From positions 1-32,067 of IMG/VR virus record IMGVR_UViG_3300017912_000811: a stretch of 32,067 bases of DNA; one strand, 5' to 3'. Made by a program: the position numbers and the translations under genes. This DNA comes from a virus (lineage: Duplodnaviria; Caudoviricetes). Below the pieces are notes generated by a model. The model was not told where the DNA came from, did no database searches, and saw nothing but the letters and a program-made list of their open reading frames with translations. Positions 26,190 through 32,067 of the stretch are shown here, piece after piece (within the stretch, counting starts at the first letter, position 1; every line of letters begins with the position of its first letter).

Positions 26190-27980
26190 TTACCCCTCAC
26201 ATGCTAGACATTCTTCACCAGAAGCAAGTGCTTCCATACTTAGCTCGTCAATGATCTGACGTTCTATCTTACGGCTTACTTTATCAGCCTTACCTATCTT
26301 CTCTGATCTACAGTAGTACATTGTCTTCAGACCTTTCTTCCATGCCATGAAGTGTACAGCATGTAGATACTTGATGTCAACATCTGGTCTGAAGAAAACA
26401 TTGAGAGATTGTGACTGATCTATGTACTGCTGCCTATCTGCTGCATGTTCAATCACCCATCTCTGATCTATCTCCATAGCAGTCTTGAATACTTCTTTCT
26501 CCTCTGGTTCAAGACAACGTAGGTGCTGCACAGATCCATCATTAGCTATAACACTTGACCAGATACGATCATAGTTTAGCTTACTATCTTTCTCACACTT
26601 TTCTTTGATTATCTTATCTAAGAACTTATTTTTATTTAGAAAGGAACCACTAAGTGTATCTTGACGATAGGCGTTAGCTCTCCAAGGTTCAATTGAGGGT
26701 GATGTGTTTCCCATGATAATTGAACTTGAAGCATTGGGTGCAATCGCCATAACGTGACTGCAACGTAGTCCTGTTCCTTCTGCATCAGGTGCTTCTCCTC
26801 GAAGGACTGCCAAGCCTCTGTTTGCACGATCAAGGTCTGTTCGTATGTGTTTAAACATTCGCATGTTAATTGACTTAGCCATTGCTGATTCAAATGGAAT
26901 GTTCTTAGCTTGCAAGTAGGCATGGAATCCCAATGCTCCAACACCGACTGAGCGTTCACGCATAGCGGAAAACTTAGCACGACTAATACTATCAGGAGCT
27001 TCTTCAATAAAAGATTGTAGAACATTATCTAACATCTCCAGTGTATCCATAAGAAAGTATTTGTCTTTAGACCATTCATCAAAGTATTCTAGATTAACAG
27101 AAGACAGACAACATACTGCTGTTCTATCTACAGATGTTGGTAAAATAATCTCTGAACAAAGATTAGATTGATTTATTTTTAAGTCTCTCTGCTTCAACCA
27201 TGATGGCATCTCAGCATTAGACTTATCTATAAAGTGTAAGTATGGTTCTCCTGTCTGCATACGCATCTCTAGAATACGTTGCCACAGTTCTTTAGCAGAG
27301 ACTACATCGCATACTTTCTTACTGTGTGGATCAATCAAGTCCCAAGTATCATCAGCATATGGATTGACCATGCAGTGTTCGAGGACACTCATAAACTCAT
27401 CTGATATATTAATACCATGATGCATGTTAAGACAACGAAAGTTCTGATCACCAGTAGGCTTTCGCATCTCAAGAAACATTAATACATCTGGATGTGATAT
27501 GTCTAAGTATGCTGCATATGATCCTCGTCTTGTGCGTCCTTGTCTGTAAGCAAGACTAGAGGAGTCGTACATCTTGAGATGTGGCATGACTCCAGTGCTC
27601 TTGTCATCACTAGAGCGAATACCAAAGCCAATACCAACACCACCGCCAAGCATACTAAGCCAATTTGTTTCTGATAAGTTATCAACTAACCCCTCTGCAC
27701 TATCGTGTATATAATTAAGATAACAACTAATGGGAAGACCACGCCGGGAACGCCCATATGATAGTATAGGAGTTGAATAAGATAACCAATGCTTTGAAGA
27801 ATATTCATAAAGCCTCTGAGCATGTTTTTCATTAGTGCCAAAACATCTGGAAACATATGCAAACCTCTCTTGTGGGGATAGCTCATGATCCATCATGTAA
27901 GATTCTTTAAGTCGAGCTATTCCAAGTTCATCGAATAAATCATCTCTCTCTGGAGAAACTTTAATAATGTCGTTAATCAT
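26190..27980 (-). CDS. nrdA: Ribonucleotide reductase class Ia alpha subunit (short, no ATP cone)
   Basis: PISCY, QGRTRRGSYAAYL, QSNLCSEI (NxCxE), AIAPNASSS, DQSQSLN, LKTMYYCR, C-terminal CLACEG. Confidence 0.95.
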   Translation of the reverse strand: MINDIIKVSPERDDLFDELGIARLKESYMMDHELSPQERFAYVSRCFGTNEKHAQRLYEYSSKHWLSYSTPILSYGRSRRGLPISCYLNYIHDSAEGLVDNLSETNWLSMLGGGVGIGFGIRSSDDKSTGVMPHLKMYDSSSLAYRQGRTRRGSYAAYLDISHPDVLMFLEMRKPTGDQNFRCLNMHHGINISDEFMSVLEHCMVNPYADDTWDLIDPHSKKVCDVVSAKELWQRILEMRMQTGEPYLHFIDKSNAEMPSWLKQRDLKINQSNLCSEIILPTSVDRTAVCCLSSVNLEYFDEWSKDKYFLMDTLEMLDNVLQSFIEEAPDSISRAKFSAMRERSVGVGALGFHAYLQAKNIPFESAMAKSINMRMFKHIRTDLDRANRGLAVLRGEAPDAEGTGLRCSHVMAIAPNASSSIIMGNTSPSIEPWRANAYRQDTLSGSFLNKNKFLDKIIKEKCEKDSKLNYDRIWSSVIANDGSVQHLRCLEPEEKEVFKTAMEIDQRWVIEHAADRQQYIDQSQSLNVFFRPDVDIKYLHAVHFMAWKKGLKTMYYCRSEKIGKADKVSRKIERQIIDELSMEALASGEECLACEG

Positions 27981-28263
27981 CTTGCCCCTCGTAGTAAAAA
28001 TGCAGAATCATTTCTGCATAATGTATTACCTTTTGTATGTCCTCTTTACCTTGTCCTTTTGTTCTGTGTCTTGTTGTGTATTTAATAATGTTACCTTCAA
28101 GAAAGTCTAAACCATTTCTAACTATATACTCTACTGGTTGTATCTGACAATCTTTGTAGTGGCTGCCACCTATCTGTTCTTCTAATGCAGATTCTTTCAT
28201 ACGTCTAAGAATATAAGCATCTCTGTTCTCATAGGAATGAGTGGAGTCTTCTTCTGATTTCAT
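27973..28263 (-). CDS. DUF3310 / T7 gp1.7-like (putative nucleotide kinase) protein
   Basis: QIGGSHYK...IQPVEYI...FLEGNIIKY..R...K...EDIQK..HY. Confidence 0.85.
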   Translation of the reverse strand: MKSEEDSTHSYENRDAYILRRMKESALEEQIGGSHYKDCQIQPVEYIVRNGLDFLEGNIIKYTTRHRTKGQGKEDIQKVIHYAEMILHFYYEGQDD

Positions 28264-28543
28264 TTATATCCCCTGATGTTATTGCTTTTAATGCAAAGTT
28301 CCTAACTGTTCTTGGTTCGAAACCTGCAAGCTCACAAGTCTCAACAAAATTATCACACGTTACACCAATAGAAGCAAACACCCATGCGCTTGCTTGATCA
28401 CGCTGTATTGCCGTTTGAATTGTTTCATCATACTCTTTTGGTTTGGTCAAGTCAAGAAGAGCCTGAAGAATTATTGCAATGTATAAAGATTTATCTGAAT
28501 TTTTTTCAGCTAAATCATATAGATTTCCAAACTCTTCAGACAT
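28229..28543 (-). CDS. Hypothetical protein
   Basis: AIILQALLD...A.AW......F...CELAG.EP pattern common in phage replication modules; overlaps both neighbours. Confidence 0.75.
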   Translation of the reverse strand: MSEEFGNLYDLAEKNSDKSLYIAIILQALLDLTKPKEYDETIQTAIQRDQASAWVFASIGVTCDNFVETCELAGFEPRTVRNFALKAITSGDINEIRRRLHSFL

Positions 28544-28925
28544 CTAGCTCTTGAACTGGACGATAGAACTTACCACCTACATAATTATTATAGTAAGCTG
28601 GCTCATCTGTACCCTCCAATGTTGTTGTTAATACTTTATGTAACATTTGATAATAGCACTCATAATATCTTAAACTTCTTTTGTTCTTACACTCTAATAA
28701 AATTTTAAACGTAAAGTTTTTCTTACCAAGTTTTTTAATATCTTCATTCAGATACTTACTTGATCCAGTATAGGATCTCCAGTTTGATTCAACATCCTTT
28801 CCATTTCGTTTAACAAAGTATTGCTTACAACCTATGTACGCTTTCTTTGTTTTTTTGTTTGTAATAAGATAGACAAACCCAAAGTTATTTATTGTGTCTG
28901 GTTTGTTATGAAACTTCCAGTGCAT
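28536..28925 (-). CDS. GIY-YIG-like endonuclease
   Basis: GFVYLITN.....AYIGCKQ, WRSYTGSS, YYNNYVGGKFY. Confidence 0.8.
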   Translation of the reverse strand: MHWKFHNKPDTINNFGFVYLITNKKTKKAYIGCKQYFVKRNGKDVESNWRSYTGSSKYLNEDIKKLGKKNFTFKILLECKNKRSLRYYECYYQMLHKVLTTTLEGTDEPAYYNNYVGGKFYRPVQELDV

Positions 28926-29775
28926 ATACTTCTTCTACATCAGGTTCCTTTTCGACATGTGTAAGAAACCTTTTACCTTTTGAATAGTTAAATATACGTA
29001 AGCCCTTACCTTGATTAGCATCAGACCAACACTCCGACTTGTGGCTGCAATACACACAGTTAATACCCAACTTACGATTGCCAGACTTGCCATCAGGAAG
29101 ATCAGGAAAGCACCTAGTAGGTGGCTGATCATTTGATACAACTTGTTTAAGAGAATTAACACGAGCTTCTGCATTAATAAACTCCATGTTATGTACTTTA
29201 GATAAACATATCTCTCCAGTTGATTTATCTATTGCAAGGAAAGCTGCTTGATTCAAACCATTCGCTTGAGCATATGCAGATATCTGTGCAATGTAACCAA
29301 AGGGGTCATCTTCTAATAAAGTATTAAACTTAAACTTCTTAAAACCATTACCACTTGCAGACTTACAATCAACAAGAACACCATCTATGATAGAGTCCTG
29401 ATGTCCTAAGACACCACCAACAGAGACTTCTTTCTGTTGATCTGTGACAGAGTGTCCAGCAATGGAAGCACACAAAAGTAAAAGCTCTTCAAGAATATAT
29501 CCATACAAAAACTTAATACGTGTAGATGGTTTTAATTGTGTGCCATCTAACTTTCTGTGTATGTCATACCATATTTGACGATCAGGTTTACCAATCGAAG
29601 ATAATCTTAAATTACTTCTATCTCTGGGAACTTCATAGAGAAAGCTTTTGATATGTACCTTCAGCATCTCTCCAAAGTTATCTATATGTCTGTCTACCTC
29701 CTTCTCATTCATCTCCAATGGAGTGAGATTAAATAGTTCATATATATCTGAGACTAATGTATCTATATTTTTCAT
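28906..29775 (-). CDS. PD-(D/E)XK (Cas4-like) exonuclease; start likely ATG 29775
   Basis: LRLSSIGKPDRQIWY, GHQD..IDG.LVDCKSAS, GYIAQ...Y, CVYCSHK..CW. The extension to 29904 runs through the ssb 3' end and a hairpin. Confidence 0.85.
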   Translation of the reverse strand: MKNIDTLVSDIYELFNLTPLEMNEKEVDRHIDNFGEMLKVHIKSFLYEVPRDRSNLRLSSIGKPDRQIWYDIHRKLDGTQLKPSTRIKFLYGYILEELLLLCASIAGHSVTDQQKEVSVGGVLGHQDSIIDGVLVDCKSASGNGFKKFKFNTLLEDDPFGYIAQISAYAQANGLNQAAFLAIDKSTGEICLSKVHNMEFINAEARVNSLKQVVSNDQPPTRCFPDLPDGKSGNRKLGINCVYCSHKSECWSDANQGKGLRIFNYSKGKRFLTHVEKEPDVEEVYALEVS

Positions 29776-29814
29776 AAAAAATGGGGGAGCAGCAACAGCG
29801 AATACTACTCCCCC
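29776..29814 (-). terminator. Strong hairpin + U-tract after ssb
   Basis: GGGGGAGTAGTA-TTCGCTGT-TGCTGCTCCCCC (12-bp stem including G-U pairs) followed by ATTTTTT. Confidence 0.75.
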
Positions 29815-29824
29815 TCTCCTTAGA

Positions 29825-30283
29825 TTAGAACGGCACTGAGGTAGATTCTTGTACGTATCCACCAGAGACGGGGGCAAAATCTTCCCTGCCATCAGTGTAT
29901 TCAATAAAGTCTACAACCTGAACAGCGGCAAGGTCAGCAGATACGCCTGATTTACCTGCATAGTTCCAATCATATGGAATTGCTTTGACGTTTACCAAAC
30001 TACCATTGGCAATTAATTTACCATTCCACAAATTATTCTGAGAGTCTTTTACGATGGGAGCCTGACGTTCGCTACCATCTTTACGATATACTTTACGTTT
30101 AATTGTTACAAAATCGCCACGCTCATCTCCTTTATTGGCGATTGGAAGTCCTGCACTCTCGACTACAGAACGGTTATCATCGTTCACTTCTACTTGAATA
30201 CTCCACACCGGATCGAACTTTGTGTTCGGTTCAGTGATTGAAGCATAGTGACATTTACCAGTGATATAGATTGGATCTTTCAT
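29825..30283 (-). CDS. ssb: Single-stranded DNA-binding protein (T7 gp2.5-like)
   Basis: ITGKCHYA.I.EP.TKF, IANGS.VNV, GVSADL.AVQV.DF.EY, C-terminal VPF; located next to the DNA polymerase. Confidence 0.8.
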   Translation of the reverse strand: MKDPIYITGKCHYASITEPNTKFDPVWSIQVEVNDDNRSVVESAGLPIANKGDERGDFVTIKRKVYRKDGSERQAPIVKDSQNNLWNGKLIANGSLVNVKAIPYDWNYAGKSGVSADLAAVQVVDFIEYTDGREDFAPVSGGYVQESTSVPF

Positions 30284-30356
30284 TTAGTTCTCCATTTAGT
30301 TTCCGCTGGACCATTCCAGCCTTGAGTTACGTTGTCTACTACTAAACAACATGAGG

Positions 30357-30385
30357 ACAGTATCATAAAGCGATTCGTATGTCAA
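30357..30385 (-). promoter_or_regulatory. Sigma70-like promoter upstream of ssb
   Basis: TTGACA(30385-30380)-17 nt-TACTGT(30362-30357) with a TGn extension. Confidence 0.6.
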
Positions 30386-30390
30386 CAACT

Positions 30391-32025
30391 TTAATGAGTT
30401 TCTGCCCAATTATTTCCAACTTTATAGTCAGAATCTAGGTCACATTTAAATTTAAAGTTTCTTTGTGTTGTGTACATTGCCTCCTTTGTTAGTTTTGTAA
30501 ATCTTTCTACATCAGAGTTAGCTACCTCAAACTGATACTCATCGTGAACAGATGCTACCAGCTTTGCATCTAACCCTGTCTTACGTATACGTTCATCTAT
30601 ATTTACAAGCCACTGCTTGCATACTATAGCACCTGCACCTTGAAGTAAAGTATTAAGTGCAGCATGTTCTGAACGTATATGTAATTTCCTACCATCAAGA
30701 CCCGGAATAGTTCCAGATCGTGCAGCCTCTTGAATATTGTTACGTAATCTTTTCAGAGCTGGCATGTTAGATAGAAACTTTGATATTAGTTTTTGTCCTG
30801 TGTTAGATGAACCACCAGCTATCTTACCTATCTTTGCAGGACCAGCACCATAAAGAAAAGCATAGATAAAAGTCTTTGCTTGATCTCTAGTAGATAGACC
30901 TGCTGCTTTTTGATTTGCAGTATGTACGTCACCAGTAAGAACCTCGTTAGTAAATGTTGGATCATTCATATAGTGAGCCAGACATCTAAGTTCAAGACCA
31001 CTAGCATCAGTACCTACAAGTTTGTGTGTCTTTCTGTTTGATACTGTCCAGAGAGAACGACACTCTTTTCCATATGGACTGTATACTGCTGGTACTTGGG
31101 CCATGTTGGGACTGTGGTGAGCCATGCGACCAGTAATAGTTTTAAGAGTAAGAACATTACCATGTACACGAGAGTCATCTCGACACTCCTTTATCCAAGC
31201 CTTGAGCAGACCAGTTCTTTTCTGTAGAAGAAAGTAACGACTGAACATCTGAGCTTCAGGCATGTCAATGTGTGAGAGAACTTCTTCATTCACAATCACA
31301 TTACCTTTCTCTGTATGTTTGTCTGGTTTCCAGCCACGATCCATGAGACGATCAGCTATCTGCTTTCTACTTGCTATGTTAAATGGTATATACTTAGTTT
31401 TAGTTTTAAGTTCAACTACTGTAGGCTCAAACATTTCTACAGATTGTTTCTCTAGTTCATGTTGTTCATCTTCTAACTGAGCCAGTAGTAGTTGTCCTTC
31501 CATAAGATTGAAAGCAAAACCATTACGTTCTTGTCTATCAATTATAATACGTATGTTTCTTTCTAGATCATATGAATACTTAGAAAAACCTTTGCTCTCT
31601 TTCTCTAGCTGTTGTGCTAGCTTACGTGTTAGCTCTACGTCACGTTGACAATACTCTAACATCTCAGGTGTGTAGTAATCAAACTCTTCAAAGTCCAGCT
31701 TTGAAAAGCCAAGACGTTCACCCCAAGATGCTAGAGAATGTCCCTTGTCACGCACCGGATTGTACAGTTGAGACTCAAGTAAAGTATCTCTTACTTGATC
31801 TGGTCTAATCTTAGACCCAGTGAGTCGGTTCAGAGTGGGAGCATCAAAGCTGATGCCATTGTGCATGATGTACTGGTCAATCTTTTTAGACCACTCACCA
31901 AACTGTTTACACTCTTCGCCAACCCATTTACGTATCTCACCTGTTTGATAGTGCTGCGCTACAATACAATGTATCTTTGTAGCATTCAGGCTATCTGTTT
32001 CTATGTCAACAACTGCTTGTATCAT
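30391..32025 (-). CDS. polA: DNA polymerase family A (T7 gp5-like) with 3'-5' exonuclease; start likely ATG 32025
   Basis: ExoI DIETD, ExoII HNGISFD, ExoIII YCQRD; motif A DASGLELR, motif B RDQAKTFIYAFLYG, motif C VHDE; ATGA overlap with the upstream gene at 32022-32025. Confidence 0.96.
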   Translation of the reverse strand: MIQAVVDIETDSLNATKIHCIVAQHYQTGEIRKWVGEECKQFGEWSKKIDQYIMHNGISFDAPTLNRLTGSKIRPDQVRDTLLESQLYNPVRDKGHSLASWGERLGFSKLDFEEFDYYTPEMLEYCQRDVELTRKLAQQLEKESKGFSKYSYDLERNIRIIIDRQERNGFAFNLMEGQLLLAQLEDEQHELEKQSVEMFEPTVVELKTKTKYIPFNIASRKQIADRLMDRGWKPDKHTEKGNVIVNEEVLSHIDMPEAQMFSRYFLLQKRTGLLKAWIKECRDDSRVHGNVLTLKTITGRMAHHSPNMAQVPAVYSPYGKECRSLWTVSNRKTHKLVGTDASGLELRCLAHYMNDPTFTNEVLTGDVHTANQKAAGLSTRDQAKTFIYAFLYGAGPAKIGKIAGGSSNTGQKLISKFLSNMPALKRLRNNIQEAARSGTIPGLDGRKLHIRSEHAALNTLLQGAGAIVCKQWLVNIDERIRKTGLDAKLVASVHDEYQFEVANSDVERFTKLTKEAMYTTQRNFKFKCDLDSDYKVGNNWAETH

Positions 32026-32066
32026 TGTATATCTACTAGACACGCATCCTTTACAGGAATGTGAAA
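32022..32066 (-). CDS. 3' end of an upstream hypothetical gene (truncated by the window)
   Basis: ...FHIPVKDACLVDIQ* ending in a TGA that overlaps the polymerase ATG. Confidence 0.55.
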   Translation of the reverse strand, partial: FHIPVKDACLVDIQ

Positions 32067-32067
32067 G

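Noticed and set aside
28906-29775. Cas4-like nuclease as part of a CRISPR system
   Set aside because: No array or other cas genes are present; such nucleases are routine in phage replication modules.
29776-29904. N-terminal extension of the nuclease given in the ORF track
   Set aside because: It overlaps the ssb 3' end and runs through a GC hairpin; the protein-like sequence begins at MKNIDTLV (29775).
24664-32025. Introns or inteins in nrdA, nrdB or the polymerase
   Set aside because: All three are continuous and compact, and the HNH gene is intergenic.
1-32067. tRNA/rRNA genes, integrase, or stop-codon reassignment
   Set aside because: No cloverleaf or integrase motif was noticed by eye, and genes tile densely under the standard code with all three stops used. 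A tRNA scan was not run.

Overview
A 32-kb fragment of a tailed dsDNA phage genome (Caudoviricetes, probably podovirus-like; an aquatic proteobacterial host is inferred from gene content, not shown). It has two convergent arms meeting at a hairpin near 18.75 kb. The + arm (1-18665) is the virion/lysis module: a 5'-truncated giant tail fibre with 14-aa repeats and an S74 chaperone, a split BTLCP/LapG-like protease, a tail-collar fibre, a tail/stabilisation protein, internal virion proteins, an M15A peptidase endolysin and small membrane proteins. The - arm (32067-18749) encodes T7-like DNA polymerase A (Tyr762 type), SSB, PD-(D/E)XK nuclease, GIY-YIG protein, DUF3310, class Ia NrdA/NrdB separated by an HNH-AP2 homing endonuclease gene, and Hsp20. 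It ends in a tightly coupled run of GT8-like glycosyltransferase, a GT/methyltransferase/Maf(DUF115) triple fusion, methyltransferase, 3TM holin, cupin and TerS. The most notable observations are: (1) an exact 18-bp DNA box repeated at module junctions in the tail fibre, flanking a GC-shifted cassette, suggesting fibre module shuffling; (2) the Maf-containing glycosylation operon; (3) a ROSE-like RNA thermometer on the phage hsp20; (4) a BTLCP protease split into lipoprotein and catalytic ORFs; (5) a hairpin-bridged Shine-Dalgarno site. All family assignments come from motif recognition by eye; no searches were run.
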